64,000 bases of DNA, taken from NCBI GenBank assembly GCA_038213805.1, contig JBBQSO010000001.1, forward strand, positions 101,005-165,004, read 5' to 3'. The stretch's first letter is position 1, and each line of letters starts with the position of its first letter. The DNA is from Planctomycetota bacterium (GTDB lineage: Bacteria; Planctomycetota; UBA11346). The notes under the pieces were generated by a model that made no database searches, was not told where the DNA came from, and saw nothing but the letters and a program-made list of their open reading frames with translations. Shown one piece after another: positions 19,097-29,211 of the stretch. The position numbers and the translations under genes are program-made.

Positions 19097-21147
19097 CGCG
19101 GCCACCGGGCGACGAAGTAGCCGCGACCGTTGCTGCCGAACACCAGGCGGGTGGCGTCATGGGGATCGAGGGCGAGGACGGTGCCACGCAGCATGGGCAG
19201 GCCGTCACATTGCTGCGACCAGGTCGCGCCTGCATCGCTGGTGGTCCAGACGCCGGTGGCGCGGGTCTGGTCATGATAGGGATCATCACTGGTGGCGAAG
19301 GCGATGCGCTTGGGATCAGCCGGATCGATCACCACCTCGGCGATCCGTTCCCGCCCGCAGACCGATCGCCATTGACCAGCGCTGCAGGTCCAGAGGGCGC
19401 CATTCGCCACCACCACCACCTGGAGGGGTTCATGATTCGCCACCGCGAGCGCGGTGATGCCGGAGGGGCTGCCCGGAATCGGGGTGAAATGCTCGCCGTC
19501 GGCCGCCATCTGCAGACCGCGCTTGCCGCCCGCGAGGATCGCCTGACCCCCATGCGGGGAAAGTGCCAGCGCGACCACTTCGCCTTCGAGCACCATGCCC
19601 CACTGAGCGCCCCCGTCACGGCTGAGGTAGACCTTGCCCGCACGGCTGGCCGCCCACACCACCTGGGGTGCCTCCGGCCGTGCGCACACCGTCAGCATCA
19701 CCTCACGCGGCAGGTCGTGGTTGGGACACGCTTCCCAATGCCGACCGCCGTCGCTGGTCCTGGCGATCACCCCGAGGTCACCGGGCTCGAGCGCGAGGAA
19801 CATGCGCATGCCGTGGGCGCCGGCGAAGGCGATGTCATGGACGCGACCCCAGCCGGGGAAGTGATCACCACCTCCCCACGTCCAATGCGCGAAGCTGTCC
19901 CGCGACTGCCAGAGGTTGCCATTGTCCATCGCCACCAGGGCGGCATGACCGGATTCCTCCGGATCGAAGCGGAAGCGCACGCAGCACAGACCGGAGTACC
20001 CGCGACCAGCCCACGTGCCGTCGTCTGCCTGGACACTGGAGGCATCCTCCCAGCGCTTCCCGCCGTCAGTGCTGCGCACGATGGTCTCGGTATTGCCGGC
20101 GAACATGGTCTGGGGATCACGGGGATCGATCTCGACCACCGCCATCTGCGCACCGGCGCGGTAGGCGCGCCGGAACTTCGGATTGTCGAGCGTCACCTTC
20201 CAGGTCGCCCCGCCATCGCTGCTCAGGAAGAGCGTGCCCCCCTGCCAGGACTGGACGCTCGCCAGCACCGTGCCCGGTGCCGCCGCGCACATCGACACCG
20301 CGGCGCAGTCATGCCCGGGAAGTTCCGCACGGGACCAGTGCGCGCCGCCATCCGCGGAGGAGAAGAGCCCACCCTTGCCATGGTATTCGCCATGAGGCGC
20401 CCCGACAGCAGCCCACAGCCGGCCATGTCCGGACGGGTCCGCAGCCAGTCCGCATACCGCGAGATCATCCAGTCCGGCGTTGCGGGCGCGCCAGTTCCGC
20501 CCGCCATCGGAGCTCTCCCAGACGCCCTGGTCGTGGAGCGCGACGAAGAGCCGCGTGCCCTGCGCAGCGGGTGAGCCGACCAGGACGGCGCCCATCACGT
20601 CCGCAGCACCGGCGATGCGGCTGATCTCCACCCAGTGCTCGCCGTCATCACGGCTCTCCCAGACCGCCCAGGCAGACTTGCCGTCGGGAGAGTTCCAGCG
20701 GCGGCGGCTGCCGCCCACAGCCACCAGACGTCTCGGCTGCTGCGGGTCGAACAGGATCTTCTGGACCGGGGCGCTGTACGAGCCCCAGGAGCACGGTGGG
20801 AAGCCCGCGCGCCGGCTTTGCCAATGGTGGCCGCCATCGTGGCTGACGCACGGACCGCTCATGGTGCCGGCCCACACCGTGAGCGGCTCTGTCGGATGGA
20901 AGGTGAAATCGGCGATCTCATAGCTGGGCAGGTCGAAGGTGGCGCGCCAGGCCTCGCCACGATCGACGCTGAGACCGATACCAAGCATGTCGCCGCCGAC
21001 CAGGACGCGGTGGGAATCGTGTGGACTGACAGCGATCGCGGTGATCGCGCCGCCGCTGCCGGGTTCGCCGAGCGGCTCCCAGTGGAGAACCGCCTCCGCG
21101 GCCGCACCGCCTGCTTTGAGGATCGTCAGCAGAATCAGGGGACGCAT
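19093..21147 (-). CDS. Secreted Asp-box/BNR beta-propeller protein (GH74/VPS10/Ycf48-like)
   Basis: More than ten SxDGGxxW repeats; N-terminal PGSGGAITAIAVSPHD..VGGDMLG. Start could also be 21210. Confidence 0.85.
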   Translation of the reverse strand: MRPLILLTILKAGGAAAEAVLHWEPLGEPGSGGAITAIAVSPHDSHRVLVGGDMLGIGLSVDRGEAWRATFDLPSYEIADFTFHPTEPLTVWAGTMSGPCVSHDGGHHWQSRRAGFPPCSWGSYSAPVQKILFDPQQPRRLVAVGGSRRRWNSPDGKSAWAVWESRDDGEHWVEISRIAGAADVMGAVLVGSPAAQGTRLFVALHDQGVWESSDGGRNWRARNAGLDDLAVCGLAADPSGHGRLWAAVGAPHGEYHGKGGLFSSADGGAHWSRAELPGHDCAAVSMCAAAPGTVLASVQSWQGGTLFLSSDGGATWKVTLDNPKFRRAYRAGAQMAVVEIDPRDPQTMFAGNTETIVRSTDGGKRWEDASSVQADDGTWAGRGYSGLCCVRFRFDPEESGHAALVAMDNGNLWQSRDSFAHWTWGGGDHFPGWGRVHDIAFAGAHGMRMFLALEPGDLGVIARTSDGGRHWEACPNHDLPREVMLTVCARPEAPQVVWAASRAGKVYLSRDGGAQWGMVLEGEVVALALSPHGGQAILAGGKRGLQMAADGEHFTPIPGSPSGITALAVANHEPLQVVVVANGALWTCSAGQWRSVCGRERIAEVVIDPADPKRIAFATSDDPYHDQTRATGVWTTSDAGATWSQQCDGLPMLRGTVLALDPHDATRLVFGSNGRGYFVARWPR

Positions 21148-21241
21148 CAGGCATGCCACGCCACCCCTGCCTCCAGCGGTGTGGGCCGCACTCGTCTTCT
21201 TCGGGGGCATGATGGCTCTCCTCTGCGCAGCCGCCCCCTAG

Positions 21242-21267
21242 ATCCGACGGCGCACCGGGATCGTTAC
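21242..21267 (-). promoter_or_regulatory. Predicted ECF promoter (GTAAC-N17-GGAT), weaker match
   Basis: The minus strand reads GTAACGATCCCGGTGCGCCGTCGGAT and shares GTAACGATC with the 2974 site. It lies upstream of the BNR gene. Confidence 0.45.
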
Positions 21268-21414
21268 GGCATTTGTAGCGCGCACCCGCGATCGTAACCG
21301 GGCGCCGGGCGCGCAGCCGGGAATCGCACGCGGCCGGTGCGCAGGTGCCGTGCTTCTCGCCCCCTCGTGACGGCGCGTGGCGCCGCGGCGGCACCACCCG
21401 CACGCGCGCGGCCG

Positions 21415-22590
21415 TCACCCGCCGGTGAACAGCCGCGGCAGGAACTCGACCAGATAGCGCCGCCACACCGGCCAGCTGTGGCCACCGTCGGTGATCTGGA
21501 ACTCGTGCTGGATGCCGTGCGCCTTAAGGTCGGCCTCGAAGGTCTCATTGCGGGTGCGCAGGAAGTCGTCCTTGCCGATGGCGATCCACAGCAGCTTGAG
21601 GTCGCGGTTGGTGCCGGCGGCGTCATCGAGGGCCGCCTTGACCATGCCGGCCTCGGGCGGCGCGGCGCTGAAGGCGCCGACCCAGGCGAAGCGTTCGCGC
21701 TCGGCCAGGCCGACGCCGAGCGCCTGCCCGCCACCCATGCTCAGGCCGGTGATGGCGCGTGCGGCAGCGTCATTCTTGAGGCGGTAGTGCGCTTCGACCA
21801 GCGGCAGCGCGTCGTCGAGCAGCTCGCGGCGGAACGCCTCCAGCCCGGATTTGTACTTCCCGGATTCGGGCACGGACTGCGACGCGGGCGGCTGGTGACC
21901 GAAGAGCATCACCACCACCATCGGCTTGGCCTTGCCGGCGGCGATCAGGTTGTCGAGAATCCAGTGCGCGTGGCCATGGGTGATCCAGGTCTGCTGGTTG
22001 TCGCCGGATCCGTGCTGCAGGACCAGCAGCGGGTAACTCTCCGCGGTCGCGCTCTCGTAGCCAGGCGGCGTGTAGACGGTCAGGGAACGCTGCACTCCGA
22101 AAGCCTTGGAGAGGTAGTCGTGCTGGTGCACGGTGCCGTGCGGAACGTCCTGGAAGTCCCACGGCTGCGCCGGGGTCGCGGGCAGGTCGAGGATGCTGGT
22201 GCGCGGTTCGCGCATCGGCTTGATCGCGCTGTTGGCGGGATCGATCATCCCCACCCCGTCGACGGCCATGCTGTATTCCCACACGCCGGGATCGATGGGC
22301 GCGGGACTGGTGCCGATCCACACGCCCTGGTCGTCGCGCGCCAGGACGATCGGCTCCTTGGCCCACTGCCCGTTGACCTTGACCTCTTTGGCGTTCGCGG
22401 CCTTGATGCGGAAGGTGACGTGGCGGTCGGCGGCGACCTCCGGCGAGACCACGGGGCGTGGCTTGGCGGCGGGAGCGGCCGGGGTCGCCGGTGCCGGCGT
22501 CCCCAATGGGACCACCGCATCGCGCTGCCCGCAAGCGGGCAGCGCCGCCAGGGCGATCAGGAGCGGGATGAGGCAGCGGGCACGGATCAT
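21415..22590 (-). CDS. Esterase, alpha/beta hydrolase (CE1-like) with N-terminal CBM48-like domain; lipoprotein
   Basis: VYTPPGY, YPLLVLQHG, nucleophile GLSMGG, GGHSWPVWR; lipobox LPAC. Confidence 0.9.
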   Translation of the reverse strand: MIRARCLIPLLIALAALPACGQRDAVVPLGTPAPATPAAPAAKPRPVVSPEVAADRHVTFRIKAANAKEVKVNGQWAKEPIVLARDDQGVWIGTSPAPIDPGVWEYSMAVDGVGMIDPANSAIKPMREPRTSILDLPATPAQPWDFQDVPHGTVHQHDYLSKAFGVQRSLTVYTPPGYESATAESYPLLVLQHGSGDNQQTWITHGHAHWILDNLIAAGKAKPMVVVMLFGHQPPASQSVPESGKYKSGLEAFRRELLDDALPLVEAHYRLKNDAAARAITGLSMGGGQALGVGLAERERFAWVGAFSAAPPEAGMVKAALDDAAGTNRDLKLLWIAIGKDDFLRTRNETFEADLKAHGIQHEFQITDGGHSWPVWRRYLVEFLPRLFTGG

Positions 22591-22785
22591 GCGCGACTCC
22601 TGAAGGCACAGAGGTGGGACGCCCGCCACAGCAGGCACGGCCTTGGGAGATACCGGCGGCGACGCCCCGCGTTCATGCCGACATCATGCACCGCGTGGTT
22701 CAGCCAGGGGCCGCACGCGCGTCCGACGGACGCTTCTCACCCGGCTGCGCGCACGACGATGCGCGCGCACCCAGGATGGTCCACC

Positions 22786-24024
22786 ATGGAAGCCGCTACC
22801 GCACCGCCCCTGCAGCTTCCCGTCCCGGCGCCGGAACGCGGACGCCTGCTCTCGCTGGATGCGCTGCGTGGCTTCGACATGTTCTGGATCCTTGGCGGTG
22901 ACGGGCTGGTGCAGGCTATCCACCGGCTGTGCGGCGACCCGGTCACCGGCATGCTGGCCACGCAGTTCGACCACTGCGGCTGGGCCGGCTTCCATGCCGA
23001 GGACCTGATCTTCCCGCTGTTCGTCTTCATCGCCGGCATCTCGCTGGTGTTCTCGCTGGGCAAGACCATCGCCCGCGAGGGCCGCGCGGTGGCGGTGCGG
23101 CGCATCATCCGCCGCGGCCTGCTGCTGGTGCTGTTCGGCATCTTCTCCTACGGCGGCCTCGCCGACGGCTGGGACCACGTGCGCCTGCTCGGCGTGCTGC
23201 AGCGCATCGGCTTGGCCTACATGCTCGCCGGCCTGCTGTTCTGCTTCCTCAAGCCACGCGGGCTGGTGATCGCCTGCGCGGCCATCCTGGTCGGGTACTG
23301 GGCGGTGATGACCTTCGTGCCGATCCGCGACGTGCACCTCAACCACGATGCGTTCGCCGTGCTCGCACAGACCACCGGCATCACTGACGAGCGCGAACTC
23401 TTCGTGCGCACCACCGCCACTGTCAGCGGGCGCTTCGAACCCGGCTACAACGTCTCCGACCACCTCGACTACCAGTACCTGCCCGGCCGCAAATGGGACG
23501 GCTACTACGATCCGGAGGGTCTGCTCAGCACGCTGCCCGCTGTCGCCACCTGCCTGCTCGGCGTGTTCGCCGGGCTGCTGCTGAGACTGCCCGGCCTCAA
23601 CGACCGCCGTCGCCTCGCCTGGATGGTCTGCGGCGGGCTCGGCCTGCTCGCGCTCGGCTGGGCCTGGGACCTGCAATTTCCGGTGATCAAGAAAATCTGG
23701 ACCTCGTCCTTCGTGCTGGTCGCCGGCGGCTGGAGCGTGCTGCTGCTCGCCGCCTTCCACTGGCTGATCGATGTGAAGGGGTGGAATGGCTGGATACCGC
23801 CCTTCGTGTGGATCGGCATGAACGCCATCACCGCCTACATGGCGGCGAACATCCTCGATTTCCACGGCCTCGCCGCACGCCTGGTTGGTGGCCCGATCGC
23901 CCATGCCTTGGACGCGCACGTTGCCGCGGGCCTGGGTGGCGTGGTCGGCATGCTCGGCGAGATCGGGCTCGTCCTGTTGTTCGTCTGGTACCTGCACCGC
24001 CGGCAGATCTTCCTGCGGCTGTAA
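22786..24024 (+). CDS. Membrane acyltransferase, HGSNAT/NagX (DUF5009)-like
   Basis: RLLSLDALRGFDM, DLIFPLFVFIAG, GVLQRI, DPEGLLS, PVIKKIWTSSF, GMNAI motifs. True start 22786, not 21337. Confidence 0.9.
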   Translation: MEAATAPPLQLPVPAPERGRLLSLDALRGFDMFWILGGDGLVQAIHRLCGDPVTGMLATQFDHCGWAGFHAEDLIFPLFVFIAGISLVFSLGKTIAREGRAVAVRRIIRRGLLLVLFGIFSYGGLADGWDHVRLLGVLQRIGLAYMLAGLLFCFLKPRGLVIACAAILVGYWAVMTFVPIRDVHLNHDAFAVLAQTTGITDERELFVRTTATVSGRFEPGYNVSDHLDYQYLPGRKWDGYYDPEGLLSTLPAVATCLLGVFAGLLLRLPGLNDRRRLAWMVCGGLGLLALGWAWDLQFPVIKKIWTSSFVLVAGGWSVLLLAAFHWLIDVKGWNGWIPPFVWIGMNAITAYMAANILDFHGLAARLVGGPIAHALDAHVAAGLGGVVGMLGEIGLVLLFVWYLHRRQIFLRL

Positions 24025-24036
24025 CTCACCGCTGCT

Positions 24037-26178
24037 TTAGCCCACCAGCATCGCCCGCCGCAGCGTCAGCGCCTTCTCCACGGCCTGCGCACAGGTGCTC
24101 AGCGCGAAGGGCTTGTCGAGCAGGGCCAGCGCGCCGTCGTCGAGGCAGGCGCGCACCGCAGTGTCGGCTGCGCAACCGGACATCAGCAGGCAGGGCAGGC
24201 CGGGCGCCAGCACGCGCAGCGCCGAGAAGCAGGCCGGGCCGGACATCCCGGGCATCACCATGTCGAGCAGCGCGAGGTCGAAGGCATCAGGCTGCGCGCG
24301 CAACCGGTCGAGCGCTGCAGCGCCCTCGGCGAAGGCGGTGACGGTGTAGCCAAGGAAGCCGAGCATCTCGCCGACCGTGCTGCGCACGTCGGGGTCGTCG
24401 TCGACCAGCAGGATGCGGCCCGCGCCGTGTGGCGCCGCCGCGGACTTGGGATCGGCGACCGGGACCTCGGCGCCCTCGCCGAGCGGCAGGTAGATGCGGA
24501 AGCGCGTGCCCTCGCCGGGCGCGCTCTCGCAGGCGATGTGGCCGAGGTGCTTGCGCACGCAGGCGTAGACGTTGGTCAAGCCCAGGCCGGTGCCCTTGCC
24601 CGGGTCCTTGGTGGTGAAGAACGGTTCCATGGAGCGGCGCAGGACGTCGGGGGTCATGCCGCTGCCGGTGTCGCCGACGGTCAGTTCCAGCCAGGAGCGC
24701 GTCCCATCGAGCGCCAGCGGCCGCACCGCTGCCGCCTCGACCGCGGCCAGGCGGCGGGTGGTGAAGGTCAGGCTGCCACCGCGCGGCATGGCATCGCGCG
24801 CATTGACCGCAAGGTTGATGAGCGCGTGCTGCAGTTCATCGCGGTCGCCGAACACCACCAGCGGCGCCTTTTCGAGCCTGGGCAGGATCATCACCGCCTG
24901 CCCGAGAGTCGGCACCAACATGCCGCACAAGCCATCGATCAGGCCGTTGATCTCGACCCAGGCCGGCTGGCGCGGCGCCTTGCGCGTGAACGACATCAGT
25001 TTGTGCACCAGCGCCTCGGCGCGCGCGCAGGCGGCGAGGATGCCGTTGAGATGGCGATCGCCAGAGCCCATGCGCTCAGAGAGGATCTCGGCATTGCCGC
25101 TGAGCACGGTCAGGATGTTGTTGAAGTCGTGGGCGATGCCGCCGGTCAGGCGCCCCAGCGATTCAAGCTTGTGCGCCTGGGCGAGCTCGTCGCGCGCCGC
25201 GTCCAGGGCAGCCTCGGCGTCGTGGCGCTGCTTGGCAAGCAGCACCATCTGCGCGTAATCCGCGAATGACGCGGCCAAGCGCTGCTCCTCGTCACTCCAA
25301 CGCCGCGTGCCGCCGAGGTGGGCATGGCAGAACAGCCCGACGACCTGGCCGTCGAGGTAGATCGGCGCGTCGAGCAGCGCGCCGATGCCGGCCGGGCGCA
25401 GGTAGAAGTCCGCGAGCTCCTGCGAGCGCTCGTCGGCCACCGCGTCCTCGATGGACAGGATGCGGTGGTGGTGCAGGGCCATGCAGTAGGCGGGCACCAG
25501 CGCGGCGGGCACTTCCAGGCCGGACTGGTGGGAGTCGCCGGCGCAGTCGTACATATCGACGCAGACCAGGCGCTTGGGCGCATCGCGGATGACCCACACA
25601 CTGACCCGGCCGACACCGAGCGCCACGCCCGCCGCCTCGGTCAGGGGCCGCAGCGCGGCGCCGACGTCAGCGCCGCTGCTCAGCTTGGTGCGGGCGAGGT
25701 CGAGCAGCACGTCGTAATCCGGACGCAGCGGCACCGGCACGCTCACCTGCGGGAACTGCCGCGCCACCTGCCACAGCGCGTGGTCGAGAACGAACGCATT
25801 GAGCCGGCTCAGCGGCAGCGTCGAATTGCACACCAGCGCCGCCGGCCCGGCGGCCTCAAGCGCGGTCAGGCAGACGCTGCGCCGCTCGATGCGCCGGCGC
25901 TGCTCCGGCGGCAGGCCGGCCACCACGCCAAGCGCCCACTCGTCCAGCAAATAGATATCGCAGGTGCGCTGGCGCAGGACCAGCTGCACATCCTCACCCG
26001 CGCGCAGGACCTCAAGCTCATAGGAATCGCGGTGCCGGCACTCGGCCAGCCAGCGCTGCGCGGCGCGCGTCGCGGCCTCCCCCGCCGCCACCAGGACGCG
26101 CTGACTGCCCGGTTGAGCGGTCGGCTTGACGGTGGCGATGCGGCCGCTCGGGGTGCGGGTCTCAGTGCTGGCGGGCAT
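24037..26178 (-). CDS. Hybrid sensor histidine kinase (degenerate REC-like N-terminus, GAF, HisKA, HATPase, REC)
   Basis: GAF (GVGRVSVW, ALLDAPI), H-box GIAHDFNN, NARDAM, PFFTTK..GTGLGL, and C-terminal receiver LLVDDD..DMVMP..KPF. Confidence 0.92.
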   Translation of the reverse strand: MPASTETRTPSGRIATVKPTAQPGSQRVLVAAGEAATRAAQRWLAECRHRDSYELEVLRAGEDVQLVLRQRTCDIYLLDEWALGVVAGLPPEQRRRIERRSVCLTALEAAGPAALVCNSTLPLSRLNAFVLDHALWQVARQFPQVSVPVPLRPDYDVLLDLARTKLSSGADVGAALRPLTEAAGVALGVGRVSVWVIRDAPKRLVCVDMYDCAGDSHQSGLEVPAALVPAYCMALHHHRILSIEDAVADERSQELADFYLRPAGIGALLDAPIYLDGQVVGLFCHAHLGGTRRWSDEEQRLAASFADYAQMVLLAKQRHDAEAALDAARDELAQAHKLESLGRLTGGIAHDFNNILTVLSGNAEILSERMGSGDRHLNGILAACARAEALVHKLMSFTRKAPRQPAWVEINGLIDGLCGMLVPTLGQAVMILPRLEKAPLVVFGDRDELQHALINLAVNARDAMPRGGSLTFTTRRLAAVEAAAVRPLALDGTRSWLELTVGDTGSGMTPDVLRRSMEPFFTTKDPGKGTGLGLTNVYACVRKHLGHIACESAPGEGTRFRIYLPLGEGAEVPVADPKSAAAPHGAGRILLVDDDPDVRSTVGEMLGFLGYTVTAFAEGAAALDRLRAQPDAFDLALLDMVMPGMSGPACFSALRVLAPGLPCLLMSGCAADTAVRACLDDGALALLDKPFALSTCAQAVEKALTLRRAMLVG

Positions 26179-26376
26179 GACAGAGGCTCCATCGACCCGG
26201 CGTTGCAGGCACCTGCGGTCGCGGGGCAGTATCGTCAGCCGACGACCCGTTTCCAATGCCCGGTTACCAGGACGGATGGCACGCCTGCATCGTCTGGCAC
26301 GGTCTGCGGACCATGCCAGACGATGCAGGCCCCGCCCTCAGCGCCCGCTGGCACTGGCGACATGCCGCGCCGCGCA

Positions 26377-27111
26377 TCACATCCGGGCGGCGTTCTCGTC
26401 GATCTCCTTCCACACGGCGGCGCGCAGGAACAGCGACTTCAAGACCTCACTGCGGATCAGGGTGCGATCCGCGTGTTCCTTGATCTGCATGGCCATGAGC
26501 AGGTTGCTGTCGTCGCTGTGGCCCTGGTCGACCTCGCCGTGGTGCTCGAAAAAGCCCATGTCGAGCTGGGCGAAGGTGCGGCGCAGGCCCTGGGCGAGGT
26601 AGGGGAAGTTGTTGGGTATGGTCAGCTCGCCGCCGATGCCCAGCCACGACAGGCCACTGGTGAAGGAGCGTTGCACCGCCTGGCGCAGGCCGTCGTTGAG
26701 CAGCTCCATCGAGGTCAGCATCGGCGTGCGCTCGATCTCCTCGTTCGAGATGCCCATCGAGCCCATCATGCGCAGGTAGAGCATGTAGTGGGTGTGCGAG
26801 AGCTGGCCACCGCCGAGCTCTTCGTTGAGGTTGTCGAACAGCACCACGCGGTCGCGGATGTCCGGCGCCATGCCGATCAGGTGCGACAGGCACGACGTGA
26901 AGATGCGCACGTGCTTGGAGAACTGGATGAACGCGAAGCGTACGCCCTTCTCGCTGAAGACGCCCTTCGACAGGCGGATGAGGAAGGGATGGTCGAAGAC
27001 CTCGTGGCGGCGCGCCTCGTCCTCGAGGGTCTTGAGGAAGTGCTGGTTGAGGATGGTGTCCGCGTTGGTGAGTTCGGACCGGTTGTAGATCTGGCTGGCG
27101 GTGACGCCCAT
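26377..27111 (-). CDS. Heme-oxygenase-like diiron enzyme (HDO; PqqC/CADD-like iron-containing redox enzyme)
   Basis: HPFL, NLNEELG..H, GGE and FFEHHGEVDQGH metal-ligand pattern. Confidence 0.8.
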   Translation of the reverse strand: MGVTASQIYNRSELTNADTILNQHFLKTLEDEARRHEVFDHPFLIRLSKGVFSEKGVRFAFIQFSKHVRIFTSCLSHLIGMAPDIRDRVVLFDNLNEELGGGQLSHTHYMLYLRMMGSMGISNEEIERTPMLTSMELLNDGLRQAVQRSFTSGLSWLGIGGELTIPNNFPYLAQGLRRTFAQLDMGFFEHHGEVDQGHSDDSNLLMAMQIKEHADRTLIRSEVLKSLFLRAAVWKEIDENAARM

Positions 27112-27564
27112 GGCTGGCTCCCTGGTGGTGGTGCCGCATTTTATCAGGGCGGAAGTGTACAGAAATGCTGAGGAAAATATGAATTTTACTGATGGCTACT
27201 TGGCAACTGCATATACACGGTTGCACATGCGCGCGGAGTTGCTCCGTTGCGGGATGGAGCGGCCGGAAAATTTTCTGGAGGCCTGGAAGATCCGCTGCGC
27301 CGCGCATCACATCTGTGCTCGCAGTGCACCGCCCGCAGACGGCATACCTCTGAAATAAGCCACTGGCGCAGGGCGCGACGCGCGAATGCCACCGTCAGGC
27401 AGCAGGGTGCCAAGCACTGCCCGTGCCTCGCGCGGAGTCACGCTCCCACCCAGGCCCACCATGCACAACCACGACGCGAAGGCTGCTGGAACCAATGTCG
27501 CCAATGGCCTCAGAGACAGCCCTGCAAGGTGAGCAAATGAATGCTACGTCAACGACGCTGATGA

Positions 27565-27594
27565 CGTGGACGGCGCCTGCAGGCACCGTCCACG
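27565..27594. terminator. GC-rich hairpin downstream of the GH29 gene
   Basis: CGTGGACGGCGCCTG/CAGGCACCGTCCACG, a 30-nt near-perfect inverted repeat 25 nt past the GH29 stop. No clear U-tract. Confidence 0.45.
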
Positions 27595-27619
27595 CCTCAG
27601 TACGATTGCCGGTCGCGCC

Positions 27620-29170
27620 TCACTGACCGCGCACGATTCCCGGGCAGGCGATCTTCAGCACGAACACGTGCGCGCACGGCGCCTTCGCCGGCACGGTGAC
27701 GACCAGGCCCGCATCCGTGCGCGCCACGGTGAGCGCGCCCTCGCTGCCAAGCATGCGCACCTCACCGAGCTGCGCCGGGCCCTTGCCGGTGGCGAGCGAG
27801 GCGATGGTCACCTGGCCGCCATCGCCGGGCCAGCCCATCAACAAGGCGTAGAGCACGCCGTCCGCGATGGTGAAACGGATGTCCTGGGCGGTGTACTGCA
27901 TCTTGTCTTCATTGAACTTCCCGCCCTTGACCTCCGCCGCTCCGGGCGGCCGCTCGCCGTAGACCGTCCACGGCCGGGTCGCATAGATGGCTTCGCCATT
28001 CAGCGCGGTCCAGGCGCTGATCTCGGCGAGCGTGGCGAGCATGTCGGGCTCAAGGTCGCCTTCCGGCGTCTGCACGATGTTGATCAGCAGATTGCCGTTC
28101 TTGGCGACGATGTCCGCGAGGGTCTTGATGATGGTGTCGGCGCTTTTGTACTTCTGACCAGTGCTGTAGAACCAGTCGCCGATGCTGGTGTCGGTCTGCC
28201 AGGGCAGCGCCTGGACCTGGTCCATCACGCCGCGCTCCAGGTCCTGCACCCACTTGCCCGCGGATGGCTCCTTGCAGTTGTAGACCGCTTCCACGGTGCC
28301 GCCGTGCCGCGCCTGATCCTGGTTGTAGTAATGCGCGAGCATGCTGCGTCCGACGTCGCCGAAGGGCAGCGCGCTGTCGGAGTAGAGCAGGTCGGGATGG
28401 TAGTTGTCGATCAGCTCCTTGACGTCGTCGAACCACTCGCGGTGCCACGCGGTATTGACGGTCAGCCAGCCATGGTCGCCGGGCGCGGCTTTGGTGTGGT
28501 AAAGGTCGGCGTACTGCGGATCGGCGCCGTCATACGGCACGCCCATCAGGGGCCCATTGCTGTCGGAGCCGTGGCTGGCCTGGAACCAGGTGTAGCTGGC
28601 CGCGAGGTGCTCGGAGACGCCGAAGCGCAGACCCTCCTTCTGCGCGGCCTGCTGCCAGATCCCGACCACGTCCTTCATCGGCCCCATCTGCGCCGCATTC
28701 CAGCGATGGATCTTCGACGCCCACAGGAAGAAGTTGTCGTGGTGACTGCCCATGCTCACGAAATATTTTGCACCGGCCTTTTTATAGAGCGCCATCAGCG
28801 CGGCCGGATCCCACTTCTCGGCCTTCCACAGCGGGATGATGTCTTTGTAGCCGGTCTTGGAAGGCGGGCCGTACTTGGCGAGGTGGTCCTTGTAGTCAGC
28901 ATCCTTCTCCTCGTACATGCGCCGCGCGTACCAGTCGCCGTGGCGCGGCACCGCCTGCGGCCCCCAGTGCGCCCAGATGCCGAACTTCGCGTCGCGGAAC
29001 CACGTCGGATACCGGTACTGCTGGAGCGAGGCGTCAGTGGCCTGGAACGGGCCCGCGGCGAGTTCGGAGGCGGCCACGATCGGCTTGGCGTCCTCAGCAG
29101 CCATGGTCCCAGGGACCAGACCAGCGAGGAGGGCGGCTAGGGTCAGGGAAGAGGTGGTGATGTGGTGCAT
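27620..29170 (-). CDS. Alpha-L-fucosidase, GH29
   Basis: WFRDAKFGIWAHWG, AGAKY, HHDNF.LW, YHPDLLYSD, WQTDTSIG.WFY and KNGNLLIN motifs; signal peptide. Confidence 0.93.
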   Translation of the reverse strand: MHHITTSSLTLAALLAGLVPGTMAAEDAKPIVAASELAAGPFQATDASLQQYRYPTWFRDAKFGIWAHWGPQAVPRHGDWYARRMYEEKDADYKDHLAKYGPPSKTGYKDIIPLWKAEKWDPAALMALYKKAGAKYFVSMGSHHDNFFLWASKIHRWNAAQMGPMKDVVGIWQQAAQKEGLRFGVSEHLAASYTWFQASHGSDSNGPLMGVPYDGADPQYADLYHTKAAPGDHGWLTVNTAWHREWFDDVKELIDNYHPDLLYSDSALPFGDVGRSMLAHYYNQDQARHGGTVEAVYNCKEPSAGKWVQDLERGVMDQVQALPWQTDTSIGDWFYSTGQKYKSADTIIKTLADIVAKNGNLLINIVQTPEGDLEPDMLATLAEISAWTALNGEAIYATRPWTVYGERPPGAAEVKGGKFNEDKMQYTAQDIRFTIADGVLYALLMGWPGDGGQVTIASLATGKGPAQLGEVRMLGSEGALTVARTDAGLVVTVPAKAPCAHVFVLKIACPGIVRGQ

Positions 29171-29193
29171 GGGTGCCCTCGCTCGTAAAGGGC

Positions 29194-29211
29194 ATTAACG
29201 TTAATATTAAC
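29194..29211. promoter_or_regulatory. Overlapping palindromes ATTAACGTTAAT / GTTAATATTAAC, candidate repressor operator
   Basis: AT-rich perfect palindromes 24-41 nt upstream of the GH29 start in ~70% GC DNA. Confidence 0.55.

Noticed and set aside
21337..22785. N-terminal 483 aa of the 895-aa ORF, suggesting a large acyltransferase fusion
   Set aside because: It overlaps the esterase on the opposite strand. The real protein starts at 22786.
27112..27619. Long intergenic region as a possible riboswitch/ncRNA or small ORFs
   Set aside because: No recognisable conserved RNA motif. Only operator-like repeats and one hairpin are supportable without a covariance-model search.
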